Source: an uncultured beta proteobacterium (lineage in GTDB: Bacteria > Pseudomonadota > Gammaproteobacteria > Burkholderiales > Usitatibacteraceae). From it: a DNA stretch of 64,000 nt. The stretch is from the NCBI GenBank assembly GCA_963792865.1, contig CAWBYB010000004.1, positions 3,826-67,825 of the forward strand. The letters are read 5' to 3'. This document shows, one piece after another, positions 10,508 to 26,738 of the stretch. Each line of letters begins with the position of its first letter. The first letter of the stretch is position 1. The notes beneath the pieces were generated by a model. It made no database searches and was not told where the DNA came from. It was given only the letters and a program-made list of their open reading frames with translations. A program made the position numbers and the translations under genes.

Positions 10508-12177
10508 TCGGGGGCAGCCTCCTGGCGTCCGCGCAGGATCGATTCCGGATGCCGCTCGAGCGAATCGGCGAGCGCGCGCAGCGAGCGCGCCGCGCGGCTG
10601 AGCTCGCGCAGCGCATCCCGCAGCTCGATTTGCGCGGGCGCTTCCGGCCCGACGAGGTTCGCCGAAGCCGCGTCCAGCGTGCGCTCGGCCGTGCGCAGCG
10701 CGTTGCTCGCGTCCTGCATCGTGGCCGCGAATTTCGGCAGCGCATGCTCGTCGACATGGCGCAGCACGCCGTCCATGGTCTTCAGCGTCGTGCGCGCCTC
10801 GGCCATCAGCCGGCGGGCGTCGCCCGTCATCTGGTCGAGCGGGAGCTTGTCGAGCTTGTCGAGGAGCGCCGCCACCCTTTCCTGCAGCGCGGGCAGCACG
10901 CTGGGAACGACCGGCAGCTCCTGGGGCTCGCGATCCCAGCTCAGGCGCACGGCGGGCGCGTGCGGAAAATATTCGAAGGCCACGTAGCGCTGGCCGGTGA
11001 TCAGGCTCGCCGAGCGCAGCTGCGCGCGCAGCCCATAGCGCATGACGAGCTCCCGCATGAAGGCGTGGCGCGTCGCGGGGGTGCGGTCGATCTGCCGGGC
11101 GACCGCGACCTGCGAGGCCGGCAGGCGCTCGATCAGGCGCCGCGGCGAGAGCGTGATCTCGACCCGCCCGCGCGCGCGCTTCGTCCCGCTTTCGAACTCC
11201 AGCCCGACGCGCGTGACCTCGCCCGCGGGAATGCCGAGGAAGGTCACCGCCGATCCCGTGACGATCCCGTCCAGCGGCTCGTCGAAATAAAGGACATAGG
11301 GGCGCTCGTCCGGATCGGGCTGCTTCATGGCCGTCGCCCGATCGTGGTACGCGGTGAATACCGCGCCGTCGGCGGCACGCTCCTCGTTGCGGTCCGACGG
11401 GCGATTGTCGAAGGCGATGCCTCCGATCAGGACCGAAACGAACGACTCCGTGCGCAGGCGCAGCCCCTCGGCGCCCACCGACACGTCGAGCCCGCTCGCA
11501 TTCCAGAACCGGGTGGACGGATGGACGTGCGCATCGTACGGCGCGTTCACGAAGATCTTCAGGTCGACCGCGCGCCCGTCGGGCGTGAGCTCGTAGCCCG
11601 TGACCTGGCCGGCCTGCAGGCCCCGGAAATACACCGGCAGGCCCACGTCGACGTGATCCGCATCGGAGGCGTGCAGGGTGAAATGGCGCCCCGGCGTGCC
11701 GGTGTCGATCACGCGCGCGTCCTCGAGGCCCGTGAACCGGCGCTCGTCTTCGCTCGAGCGCCCGCGGTCGAAGCCGATGTAGCTGCCCGACAGCAGCGTG
11801 GAGAGCCCCGACACCTCGCTCAGGGTGACGCGCGGGCGCACGATCCAGAAGGTCGCGCCCTGCGTCATCAGGCCCTCGGCCTCCTTGGCGATCTTGGCGG
11901 TGACCTCCACCTTGTCGTAGTCCTTCGACAGATGCACGGCGGTGACCAGGCCGATGGTGACGTCCTTGTACTTGATCGGCGTCTTGCCCGCTTCCACCCC
12001 GCTCGCGGACTTGAAGGAGATCGTGATGGTCGGGCCTTCGCGCGACAGGTGCTCGACGGCGAGCCCGATCGCGACCGCCGCGGCGATCGCGGGAATGATC
12101 CAGACCTTCGAGATCGGAAGGCGGGCGCGCGCGACGACCTGCGCCTGCGGCAGGTCCGCGTCGTCAAGCTCGGTCAT
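10504..12177 (-). CDS. pqiB: PqiB MCE-domain intermembrane transport protein
   Basis: WIIP, GPTITISF, GKTPIKYKDV, FWIVRP, TLLSGSYI, RFWNASG, SLITGQRYV. Confidence 0.92.
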   Translation of the reverse strand: MTELDDADLPQAQVVARARLPISKVWIIPAIAAAVAIGLAVEHLSREGPTITISFKSASGVEAGKTPIKYKDVTIGLVTAVHLSKDYDKVEVTAKIAKEAEGLMTQGATFWIVRPRVTLSEVSGLSTLLSGSYIGFDRGRSSEDERRFTGLEDARVIDTGTPGRHFTLHASDADHVDVGLPVYFRGLQAGQVTGYELTPDGRAVDLKIFVNAPYDAHVHPSTRFWNASGLDVSVGAEGLRLRTESFVSVLIGGIAFDNRPSDRNEERAADGAVFTAYHDRATAMKQPDPDERPYVLYFDEPLDGIVTGSAVTFLGIPAGEVTRVGLEFESGTKRARGRVEITLSPRRLIERLPASQVAVARQIDRTPATRHAFMRELVMRYGLRAQLRSASLITGQRYVAFEYFPHAPAVRLSWDREPQELPVVPSVLPALQERVAALLDKLDKLPLDQMTGDARRLMAEARTTLKTMDGVLRHVDEHALPKFAATMQDASNALRTAERTLDAASANLVGPEAPAQIELRDALRELSRAARSLRALADSLERHPESILRGRQEAAPE

Positions 12178-12802
12178 TCGCGCGCCCCGCGCCGGCGGCG
12201 TCCCACAGCAGACGCGGATCGAAAGCCATCGCGGCGAACATCGTGAGCACCGCCGTGGCCGCGAAGAACGGCACTCCCGGTCCCGGCCTCACCGACATGA
12301 GCGCGCCCAGCTGCACCAGGGCGACCACGAACGCGTCGACGAAGACATCGAGCATCGACCAGCGCCCGATGAACGCGACCAGGCGATACAGGCGCGTGCT
12401 CTGGCGCAGGTCCGTGACGATCCCCCGCTTGACGACGACCAGCAGCGTGGCGAGCACCGCGATCTTGCCCAGGGGAATCATCACGCTCGCGACGAGCACG
12501 ATCAGCGCGAGGATCCACGAGCCCGATTGGTACAGCCGGACCACGCCGCCCAGGATGGTGTCCGCCTCGGTCCCGCCCAGCGTCGTCGTGTCGAGCACCG
12601 GCAGGATGTTGGCCGGGAAGTAGCAGATCGCGGCCGCCACCAGGAGCGCGGCCGTCCGGTCGATCGATTCGGGGTGCCGCGAGCGCAGGCGCACGCCGCA
12701 ACGCGGGCACGACGCGTGCGCGCCGCTCCATTTCGAGAGCCACCCGCACCTGCGGCACGTCGCCAGGCCGCGATCGGCGGCGGTGGGCATCCCGGCGCTC
12801 AC
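12164..12802 (-). CDS. pqiA: Paraquat-inducible protein A (second copy/half)
   Basis: CxxC...CPRC, PANILP, IGRWSMLDVF, FDPRLLW; GTGA overlap with the upstream gene. Confidence 0.9.
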   Translation of the reverse strand: MSAGMPTAADRGLATCRRCGWLSKWSGAHASCPRCGVRLRSRHPESIDRTAALLVAAAICYFPANILPVLDTTTLGGTEADTILGGVVRLYQSGSWILALIVLVASVMIPLGKIAVLATLLVVVKRGIVTDLRQSTRLYRLVAFIGRWSMLDVFVDAFVVALVQLGALMSVRPGPGVPFFAATAVLTMFAAMAFDPRLLWDAAGAGRANDRA

Positions 12803-13398
12803 CGGGCCCACCGGATCCGCGCCCACAGCGCGGCCGGATTCACCGCCGCGCGCAGCCATGCGATCAGCACCGCCAGCGCCGCCACCGCGTACATGCCCTC
12901 GCCGGGCGACGCATGGGCCAGCTCCGAGATCTTCACGTAGGCGACCAGCGTGCCGAGCAGCATCACTTCGGCCATCACCCAGGGATGCAGGGAATCGGCC
13001 CAGCGCAGGAACACGCCCGCCCAGCGCGGGGCCGGGTCGCGGCGAACGGCGAGCAGCGTGACGAGCATCAGGACGAGGTAAGCGCCCGGCGCGACGATCG
13101 AGCAGATCGCGATCACGATCGCGGCGACCTCGCTGCCCTCGACCCACATCTCCCACGCGACTCCCGGCAAGGTCGCGCTCGAGAAGCGGCCGAGCTCGGA
13201 CAAACCCATCAACGGGGCGGTGTTGGCGATGCCGAAGGCGATGAGCGCGGCCACCACGATCGCGAGCCACGCCTCCGGCACGCGCGCTTCCGGCACGCTC
13301 AGCGCGCCGCCGCATCGCACGCAGCGCGCCCTCGCGCCGGGAGCCAGGGGCTCGGCGGCATGCAGGAGGTCGCAGTCCCGACACGCTACGGCATTCAT
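12799..13398 (-). CDS. pqiA: Paraquat-inducible protein A (first copy/half)
   Basis: ACRDCD...CVRCG, PWVMAEVMLLG...VAYVKI; GGAGG RBS. Confidence 0.88.
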   Translation of the reverse strand: MNAVACRDCDLLHAAEPLAPGARARCVRCGGALSVPEARVPEAWLAIVVAALIAFGIANTAPLMGLSELGRFSSATLPGVAWEMWVEGSEVAAIVIAICSIVAPGAYLVLMLVTLLAVRRDPAPRWAGVFLRWADSLHPWVMAEVMLLGTLVAYVKISELAHASPGEGMYAVAALAVLIAWLRAAVNPAALWARIRWAR

Positions 13399-13552
13399 CG
13401 GCGGCCTCCACCGCTGGCGCTGCACCTTGACATCGCGAAAAAATCATATCACGCAGGCCGCAGCCCGGCCGGAGCCTTCCGGCCACGGTCCGTTGACACT
13501 GAAACGGCCTAGAATCGGGTCACTCCCCACCACGATGGGTGCGTGACCGCTC

Positions 13553-13837
13553 ATGAGCCTCGTCCTGCAGGTAATGCTGCACATCAAGCCGGAAGACGTC
13601 GACGCCTTCATGGCAAAGCTGCAGGTGAACGCGGCGGCGGCGCGGCGCGAGCCGGGTTGCCGCCAGTTCGACGTGCTGGTCGATCCCGCCGACGCGACGC
13701 AGGTCATGCTCTACGAGGTGTACGACGACGAGAAGGCCTTCGAGGCGCACCAGCAGGGCGCGGCTTTCAAATCATACGTCGCGGATGCGGTGCCGCTGCT
13801 CGAATCGCGCGAACGCCGCTTCTGGAGGCGGGCATAA
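13553..13837 (+). CDS. Antibiotic biosynthesis monooxygenase / putative quinol monooxygenase
   Basis: EPGCRQFDV, LYEVYDDEKAFEAH; 94 aa. Confidence 0.85.
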   Translation: MSLVLQVMLHIKPEDVDAFMAKLQVNAAAARREPGCRQFDVLVDPADATQVMLYEVYDDEKAFEAHQQGAAFKSYVADAVPLLESRERRFWRRA

Positions 13838-13867
13838 CCGCCCCATTTCCGTGGCCTCGGACCCGAG

Positions 13868-13919
13868 TTATCCACATTCCTGGTGAGCGTATTGAATAGG
13901 GCCGCTTCCGCCCTAAAAT
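13868..13919 (+). promoter_or_regulatory. DnaA box plus sigma-70 promoter upstream of uvrA
   Basis: TTATCCACA at 13868-13876; TTGAAT (13892-13897), 16-bp spacer, TAAAAT (13914-13919). Confidence 0.6.
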
Positions 13920-13970
13920 AGCGGTAGCCTCTTCGATTCAGCCGCTCGCGCGGCTCCCGTCGCGATCTCC

Positions 13971-19716
<5,746 letters not shown>

Positions 19717-19733
19717 CGGTCGCGGAGGGATCC

Positions 19734-21548
19734 TTGAAGGCCGGGAATCTGGCGACGGGGTTGCTGCTCAGCCTGGCGCTCACGCACTGCGCGGCGCCGG
19801 CGCATTCCGCGCCGCGCGAGAAGGTCCTGCGCTACGCCTTCGAGATCGCCGAGACGAGCTTCGATCCCCAGCGCATCAGCGACGTGTACTCGGACATCGT
19901 GAATTCCGGCATGTTCGAGGCCCCGCTCACCTACGACTACCTCGCGCGCCCGCTCAAGCTCAAGCCCGAGACCGCGGCGTCGCTGCCGCAGGTGAGCGCC
20001 GACGGCACCACGTACACGATCCACATTCGGCCGGGCATCTATTTCGCGGACGACCCGGCGTTCGGTGGGAAGAAGCGCGAGCTGGTCGCCGCGGACTACA
20101 TCTACGCGATGAAGCGGGTGCTCGATCCCAAGGTGCGCGCCTCGCAGATCGCGGAGATCGAGCCCTACGTGGTCGGCGCCGAGGAGGCCGCGACCCGCGC
20201 GCGCAAGGAAGACCGCTTCGACTACGACGCGCCGATCGAGGGCCTCGAGGTCCTCGACCGCTACACTTTCCAGGTAAAGCTCAAGCAGCCGCTCTTCGTC
20301 TTCATCTACAACTTCGCCGACTGCCGCATCACCTGCGCCGTCGCGCGCGAGGTCGCCGAGCGCTACGGTGACGACATCGGCTCGCACCCGGTGGGAACGG
20401 GGCCGTGGCGTCTCGCGTTCTGGAAGCGCTCCTCGAAGATGGTATTCGAGCGCAACCCCAACTTCCGCGAGGAGCGCTGGGACGCCGAGCCGAACGCGGA
20501 CGACGAGCGCGGCCAGCGCATCAAGGCACGGCTCGAAGGCCGGCGCATCCCCATGATCGACCGCGTCGAGATCTCGGTCATCGAGGAGACGCAGCCGCGC
20601 TGGCTCTCGTTCCTGAACGGCGAGATGGATCTCCTGTGGCTCGTGCCCGAGGAGTTCTCCTACCAGGCGTTCCCGAACAACAGGCTCGCCCCCGGCCTCG
20701 CCAGGCGGGGCATCGGGATGCAGCAGTCGCCCAACCTCGACCTCACCTACGCCTACTTCAACATGCAGGACCCCGTGGTCGGCGGCTACACGCCCGAGAA
20801 GGTGGCCCTGCGCCGCGCCATCGCGCTCTCGTACAAGGTCGAGGACGAGATCGCGATCATCCGCAAGGGACAGGCGATTCCCGCCGAGACGCCCTACAGC
20901 CCCGGGGTCGCGGGCTACGACCCCAACTTCCACACCACGGCCAACGAGTACAACGTCGCCAAGGCCAAGGCGCTGCTGGACATGTTCGGCTACGTGGACC
21001 GCAACGGCGACGGCTACCGCGAGCTGCCCGACGGCAGCCCGCTCGTGCTGCACCGCTCCTCCACTCCCACCGAGGCCGACCAGCAATACGACGAGCTGTG
21101 GAAGCGCAGCCTGGACGACATCGGCATCCGCATGGAGGTGACCAAGGGCAAGTGGCCCGACCTGCTCAAGGCCGCGCGCCTGGGCAAGCTGCAGTTCTGG
21201 CAGCTGGGCGGCAGCGCCTCGTCGCCCGACGCCGATACCTGGCTCACCGCGCTCTACGGGAAGAACCTCGAGAACAACCTCGCGCGCTTCCAGCTGCCCG
21301 CCTACGACCGGCTCTACGAGCAGGCGCGCTCGATGCCCGACAGCCCCGAGCGCACGCGGATCTACCAGCAGATGACGAAGCTCGTGGTGTCCTACGTGCC
21401 GTGGAAGATCAACGTGCACCGCATCCGCACGTCGATGTGGTATCCGCAGCTCGTGGGGTTCGTGCGCTCGCCGATGCTGGTGTACAACTTCTGGAAGTAC
21501 GTCGACATCGACCTCACGCGCGAGCCGGATCGCGCGCAGCCGCGCTAG
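19734..21548 (+). CDS. ABC transporter substrate-binding protein, family 5 (peptide/nickel-type)
   Basis: Signal peptide, ETSFDP, PVGTGPW, FNMQDPVVGGYTPEKVALRRAI; TTG after GGAGG. Confidence 0.88.
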   Translation: MKAGNLATGLLLSLALTHCAAPAHSAPREKVLRYAFEIAETSFDPQRISDVYSDIVNSGMFEAPLTYDYLARPLKLKPETAASLPQVSADGTTYTIHIRPGIYFADDPAFGGKKRELVAADYIYAMKRVLDPKVRASQIAEIEPYVVGAEEAATRARKEDRFDYDAPIEGLEVLDRYTFQVKLKQPLFVFIYNFADCRITCAVAREVAERYGDDIGSHPVGTGPWRLAFWKRSSKMVFERNPNFREERWDAEPNADDERGQRIKARLEGRRIPMIDRVEISVIEETQPRWLSFLNGEMDLLWLVPEEFSYQAFPNNRLAPGLARRGIGMQQSPNLDLTYAYFNMQDPVVGGYTPEKVALRRAIALSYKVEDEIAIIRKGQAIPAETPYSPGVAGYDPNFHTTANEYNVAKAKALLDMFGYVDRNGDGYRELPDGSPLVLHRSSTPTEADQQYDELWKRSLDDIGIRMEVTKGKWPDLLKAARLGKLQFWQLGGSASSPDADTWLTALYGKNLENNLARFQLPAYDRLYEQARSMPDSPERTRIYQQMTKLVVSYVPWKINVHRIRTSMWYPQLVGFVRSPMLVYNFWKYVDIDLTREPDRAQPR

Positions 21549-23177
21549 CCGCGCCGGCAGGCAACACGTAGTCCTTGAGCTGCTGGCGCAGGGTGAGCTT
21601 CGAGAGCTTGCCGGTCGCGGTGTGGGGAAGCTGGTCCACGAAGACCACGTCGTCGGGCAGCCACCACTTCGCCACCTTGCCCTGGTAGTACTCGAGCAGC
21701 TCCTCGCGCGTCACCTCCGCGCCCGGCTTCTTCACCACCACCAGCAGCGGGCGCTCGTCCCACTTGGGATGGTGCACGCCGATCACGGCGGCCTCCATCA
21801 CGCCGGGATGGCCCATGGCCACGTTCTCGAGGTCGATCGAGCTGATCCACTCGCCGCCCGACTTGATCACGTCCTTGGAGCGGTCGGTGATCTGCAGGTA
21901 GCCGTCGGGATCGATGGTGGCCACGTCGCCGGTGGGGAACCACCCGCCGGGGCGCAGCGGATCGCCGCCCTCGCCGCGGAAGTACTCGCGCACGATCCAC
22001 GGCCCCTTCACCAGCAGGTCGCCGAAGGCCTTCCCGTCGCGCGCCAGCTCCGCGCCCTGCGCGTCCACGATCTTCATGTCCACGCCGAACACGGGGCGCC
22101 CCTGCTTGAGCGAGAGCTCGAAGCGCGCCTGCGCCGGGAGCGCGTCGTGCTTGAGCTTGGGCGAGTTGATCGTCCCCACCGGGCTCATCTCGGTCATGCC
22201 CCAGCCGTGCTGGACCTTGATCCCGAACTCGTCGTTGAGGCAGCGCACCATCGCGGGGGGACCGCCGAGCCGCCGATCACCACCTTCTCGAGCGTCGAGA
22301 ACTTCAGCCCGTGCTGCTTCATGTGATTGATGACGCCGAGCCACACCGTCGGCACGCCCGAGGAACGGTTCACCTTCTCGGTCTCGAACAGCTCGTACAG
22401 GCTCGCCCCGTCCAGGCCCGGGCCGGGGAACACCAGCTTGGCCCCGACCAGCGGGGCGGCATACGGGATGCCCCAGGCATTGACGTGGAACATGGGCACG
22501 ATCGGCAGGATCGCGCTGCGCGAGGACAGGTCGGTCGCGTCGGGCAGCGAGATCGCGTACGCGTGCAGCACGGTCGAGCGGTGGCTGAAGAGCACGCCCT
22601 TCGGGTTGCCGGTGGTGCCCGAGGTGTAGCACAGGCCGGACGCAGTGTTCTCGTCGAAGGTGGGCCAGTCGAAGCCGTCGCTTTCGGCCGCGAGGAGCTC
22701 CTCGTAGCAGAGCAGGTTCGGGATCCGCGCCGCGGGCATGTGGGCGCGGTCCGTCATCGCGATCCAGCCCTTCACGACCTTGCAGGCGGCGGCCATCTTC
22801 TCCACCAGGGGTGCGAACGTGAGGTCGAAGCAGACATAGGCGTCCTCGGCGTGGCCCGCGATGTAGGCGATCTGCTCGGGAAAGAGCCGCGGGTTGATGG
22901 TGTGGATCACCGAGCCCATGCCCGAGACCGCGAAATACAGCTCGAAATGGCGGAATCCGTTCCAGGCGAGGGTGCCGACCCGGTCCCCGGGCTTCACCCC
23001 CAGGCGCGTGAGCGCGTTGGCCAGCCGCCGGGTCCGGCCATGGGCCTGCCGGTAGGTATAGCGGTGGACCGGGCCCTCGCAGGTCCGGGAGACGATCTCC
23101 GTGTCCCCGTGGTAGCGGTCGGCGTGCCCCAGGAGCGAGGCGACGAGCAAGGGTTCATCCATCATCAGGCCGAACAT
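21514..23177 (-). CDS. Acyl-CoA ligase (DmdB/AlkK-like medium/long-chain), one frameshift
   Basis: [40 protein letters not shown]; frame change in the G6 run at 22255-22260. Confidence 0.9.
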
Positions 23178-23273
23178 GGGCTCCTCCGCTTGTCAGGGCC
23201 TCGGCACACCGTTAGCATCGCCTCTCCACAACGGCCCGGGTTTTCCGGGCCACCTATAACACGAGGAGGCCCC

Positions 23274-24506
23274 ATGCGCGAGATTCTCCATCGTATCGGG
23301 ATGAGCGGCCTGGCGTTGGCCGCGATGCTGGCGGCGGGCGGTGCCGCGGCGGACCTGAAGATAGCCTACATCGACCCGCTCTCGGGCGGCGCCGCGAGCG
23401 CCGGGATCAACGCCCAGAAGCACATGTTCTTCTTCATCGACCGGATCAACGCCGCCGGTGGACTCAACGGCCAGAAGATCACGTTGCTCTCGTACGACAA
23501 CAAGGTGAATCCGCAGGAATCGCTCATCGTCCTGCAGAAGGCGATCGACGAGGGGGCGCGCATCGTCATGCAGGGCAACGGCAGCTCCGTGGCCCACGCC
23601 ATCACCAACGCCGTGCTCAAGCACAACGAGCGCAATCCCGGCAAGGAGGTCCTGTTCTTCAACTACGCCGCCATCGACCCGGCGCTCACCAACGAGGAAT
23701 GCAACTTCTGGCACTTCCGCTTCGACGCCGACGTGGACATGAAGATGGCCGCCTTCGGCGACGTGATCGAAAAGGACAAGAGCATCCACAAGGTCTACCT
23801 CATCAACCAGAACTACTCCTTCGGCAAGGCGGTCGCGGCGGCGGCGCACCGCATCCTCGCGGCCAAGCGCCCCGACGTGCAGATCGTGGGCGACGAGCTG
23901 CACCCGCTGCAGAAGGTGCACGACTTCTCGCCCTACATCGCCAAGATCAAGGCGAGCGGGGCCGACACCGTGATCACCGGCAACTGGAGCAACGACATGC
24001 TGCTCCTGTTCAAGGCCGGCCATGACGCGGGGCTCAAGGTGAAATGGTTCACTTACTACGGCGGCGGCCTGGGCTCGGTCCCGGCGATCGGCCACGACGG
24101 CGTGGGCTACCTGAAGCAGGTGACCGAGCACCACAAGAACGTCCTGCCCTACCTGCTGCCCGAGGAGGTCGCGTTCCACAAGCGCTTCCACGAGAAGTCC
24201 GACGAGCTCTACTACTGGCGCGTCCGCAACATGTTCGCGCTGCTCAAGGCCGCCGCGGCGAAAGCGAAGTCCAACGACCCGGTCAAGATCGCCCGTGCGC
24301 TCGAGGGCCTGAAGCTCGACACGCCGCTGGGGCCGATGGAGATGCGCGCCGACAACCACCAGCTCCTGCAGCCGCTGTTCGTCTCGACGCTGTCCGACAA
24401 GGTGAAGTTCGACGTGGAGCACAGCGGGCTGGGCTTCGTCACCGACGAGAAGATCCCCGCGAACGACACCGCGATGCCCACCACCTGCAAGATGCAGCGG
24501 CCCTAG
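23274..24506 (+). CDS. Branched-chain amino acid-type ABC substrate-binding protein
   Basis: Signal peptide, IAYIDPLSG, CNFWHFRFDA, DFSPYIAKIKASGAD; AGGAGG RBS. Confidence 0.9.
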   Translation: MREILHRIGMSGLALAAMLAAGGAAADLKIAYIDPLSGGAASAGINAQKHMFFFIDRINAAGGLNGQKITLLSYDNKVNPQESLIVLQKAIDEGARIVMQGNGSSVAHAITNAVLKHNERNPGKEVLFFNYAAIDPALTNEECNFWHFRFDADVDMKMAAFGDVIEKDKSIHKVYLINQNYSFGKAVAAAAHRILAAKRPDVQIVGDELHPLQKVHDFSPYIAKIKASGADTVITGNWSNDMLLLFKAGHDAGLKVKWFTYYGGGLGSVPAIGHDGVGYLKQVTEHHKNVLPYLLPEEVAFHKRFHEKSDELYYWRVRNMFALLKAAAAKAKSNDPVKIARALEGLKLDTPLGPMEMRADNHQLLQPLFVSTLSDKVKFDVEHSGLGFVTDEKIPANDTAMPTTCKMQRP

Positions 24507-24540
24507 ACTTCCCACCCCTTCCGGAGCGAGCGAGGCCGCC

Positions 24541-25491
24541 GTGCGCGAGCTCGTCACCTTCTCGCTCCTGAACGGGGTGGTGTACGGCCTGCTGCTCTTC
24601 ATGCTGTCCTCCGGGCTCACGCTCATCTTCAGCATGATGGGCGTGCTCAACTTCGCCCACGCGAGCGTCTTCATGCTGGGCGCGTACTTCTCCTGGCAGA
24701 TCTCGCGCTGGATCGGGTTCGTGCCGGCGCTGGTGCTGGCCCCGCTCGTGTGCGCCCTGGTGGGCGCGGCGATCGAGCGCTACGGGCTGCGCCGGGTGCA
24801 CCGGCAGGGCCACGTCGCCGAGATCCTCTTCACCTTCGGCCTCGCCTACGTGATCGGCGAGCTGGTCATCATGGCGTGGGGGCGCGACCCGATCGAGAAC
24901 CACGTCCCGGCGATACTCGACTTCGCGGCCTTCCACCTCTACGGGACGAGCTACCCGTTCTACAAGGTGCTGATGACCGCGATCTCGATCGGCATGTTCG
25001 TGTTCCTCTACCTCGCGTTCAAGCGCACGCGCGTGGGCCTGGTGATCCAGGCCGCGCTCACGCACCCGCAGATGGTGGGCGCCCTGGGCCACGACGTGCC
25101 GCGCCTCTTCGTGCTCGTGTTCGCCGTGGGCAGCGCGCTCGCGGGGCTCGCGGGTGTGATCGGCGGCTTCGCGCTCCTCACCGAGCCCAACATGGCCAAC
25201 GCGCTGGGGCCGATCGTCTTCGTGGTCGTGGTGGTGGGCGGCCTGGGCTCGATCCCGGGCGCGTTCATCGCCTCGATGCTGATCGGCATCCTGCAGACCT
25301 TCGCGGTCGCGCTGGACTACTCGCTGCTCGACCTCTTCCGCGCGCTCGGGATCGCGGTGGACCCGGCCTCGATGCTGCGCGACGTCTACGCGGTGAAGAT
25401 CGACCAGGCGGCTCCCATCATCCCCTACCTGCTCCTCGTGCTCGTGCTGATCGTGCGGCCGCGCGGCCTCATGGGCACGCGCGATACATGA
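24541..25491 (+). CDS. Liv-type ABC permease (LivH-like)
   Basis: GLTLIFSMMGVLNFAH, VVVVGGLGSIPGA, RPRGLMG. Confidence 0.92.
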   Translation: MRELVTFSLLNGVVYGLLLFMLSSGLTLIFSMMGVLNFAHASVFMLGAYFSWQISRWIGFVPALVLAPLVCALVGAAIERYGLRRVHRQGHVAEILFTFGLAYVIGELVIMAWGRDPIENHVPAILDFAAFHLYGTSYPFYKVLMTAISIGMFVFLYLAFKRTRVGLVIQAALTHPQMVGALGHDVPRLFVLVFAVGSALAGLAGVIGGFALLTEPNMANALGPIVFVVVVVGGLGSIPGAFIASMLIGILQTFAVALDYSLLDLFRALGIAVDPASMLRDVYAVKIDQAAPIIPYLLLVLVLIVRPRGLMGTRDT

Positions 25492-26738
25492 GCCGGCCGA
25501 GCCTGCCGGGCGCCTGGATCGGCGCCGCCGCCCTGCTCGCCGTCGCGCCCTGGATTCCGGGGCTGCAGAGCGACTTCGGCCGCTCGCTGCTCTCGCAGAT
25601 GGGCATCGCCGCGGTGTTCGCGCTCTCCTACAGCCTGCTGCTCGGCCAGATCGGGCTGCTCTCCTTCGGCCACGCGGTGTACTTCGGCCTCGGCGGCTAC
25701 GCGGCGATCCACCTGCTGCGCGCGGTCAACGCCGGCCTGCCGATCCCGCTGCCGCTGGTGCCCGCGGCCGGCGCGATCGCGGGCCTCGGCTTCGGCATCG
25801 TCTTCGGCGCCCTCACCACCCGGCGCGGCGGCACCATCTTCGCGCTCATCTCGCTCGGCGTGGGCGAGCTGGTGCACGCGGCCTCGCTCCTGCTGCCGTC
25901 GTTCTTCGGCGGCGAAGAGGGCGTCACCGCGAGCCGCACCAAGGCGCCCCATTTCCTCGGCATGGATTTCGCCTCCCAGCTGCAGGTGTACTACGTCATC
26001 GCCGCGTGGCTGCTCGTGGCCGCGCTCGCGATCCGCGCGTTCATGCGCACGCCCGTGGGTCGGCTGTGCAACGCGGTACGCGACAATCCCGAGCGCGTCG
26101 AGTTCGTCGGCTACAACCCGCAGCGCATCCGCTTCATCGGGTTCAGCTTCGCGGCGGCGATCGCCGGGCTCGCGGGCGGGCTGCACGCGATCAACTACGA
26201 GATCGTCGCGGCCGAAGCGGTCGGCGCCACGCGCTCGGGCGCGGTGCTGCTCATGGTCTACATCGGGGGCGTGGGCCACTTCATCGGCGCGATCCTGGGC
26301 GCCGTCGCCATCACCTGGCTGCAGGTGAGCCTCTCGGACTACACCACCGCGTGGCTGCTCTACCTCGGCCTCATCTTCATGGGCATCGTGATCTACGTGC
26401 CGGGCGGACTCGCGGGGCTGCTCATGATGCACCTGGCGGCGCTGCGCGCCCGCGCGCTGGCGCCCATCGCGCGCTCCTACCTCGTGGCGGCCCTGCCCGC
26501 GCTCGCGCTCACCGTCGGCGCCGTGACCCTGATCGAGATCGTCTATCGCCGCTCGACGCAGCCCGAGCAGGGCGCGCTGATGAAGCTCTTCTGGATTCCC
26601 ATGGACACGGCACGGCCCTGGCCCTGGCTGGGGGCGGCGGCGCTGGCGGCCGCGGGATGCCTGCTGCTGCGCCTGGCATGGCCGCGCGTGGCCGCCGCCT
26701 GGCAGCGCGCCGGCGAGGAGATCCACGCCCGTGGCTGA
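25488..26738 (+). CDS. Liv-type ABC permease (LivM-like)
   Basis: GLLSFGHAVYFG, AVRDNPERVEFVG, VYIGGVGHF; ATGA overlap. Confidence 0.9.
   Translation: MSRPSLPGAWIGAAALLAVAPWIPGLQSDFGRSLLSQMGIAAVFALSYSLLLGQIGLLSFGHAVYFGLGGYAAIHLLRAVNAGLPIPLPLVPAAGAIAGLGFGIVFGALTTRRGGTIFALISLGVGELVHAASLLLPSFFGGEEGVTASRTKAPHFLGMDFASQLQVYYVIAAWLLVAALAIRAFMRTPVGRLCNAVRDNPERVEFVGYNPQRIRFIGFSFAAAIAGLAGGLHAINYEIVAAEAVGATRSGAVLLMVYIGGVGHFIGAILGAVAITWLQVSLSDYTTAWLLYLGLIFMGIVIYVPGGLAGLLMMHLAALRARALAPIARSYLVAALPALALTVGAVTLIEIVYRRSTQPEQGALMKLFWIPMDTARPWPWLGAAALAAAGCLLLRLAWPRVAAAWQRAGEEIHARG

Noticed and set aside
12164-13398. pqiA split in two as a pseudogene
   Set aside because: Two tandem single-domain pqiA genes with a proper GTGA overlap are a common arrangement.
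13493-13515. TTGACA...TAGAAT promoter before the monooxygenase gene
   Set aside because: The spacer is only 11 bp, so the two hexamers cannot form one sigma-70 promoter.
22255-22260. Phase variation or programmed frameshift at the G6 run in the acyl-CoA ligase
   Set aside because: Short homopolymer in a sequence with several other single-base indels; sequencing error is the simpler explanation.
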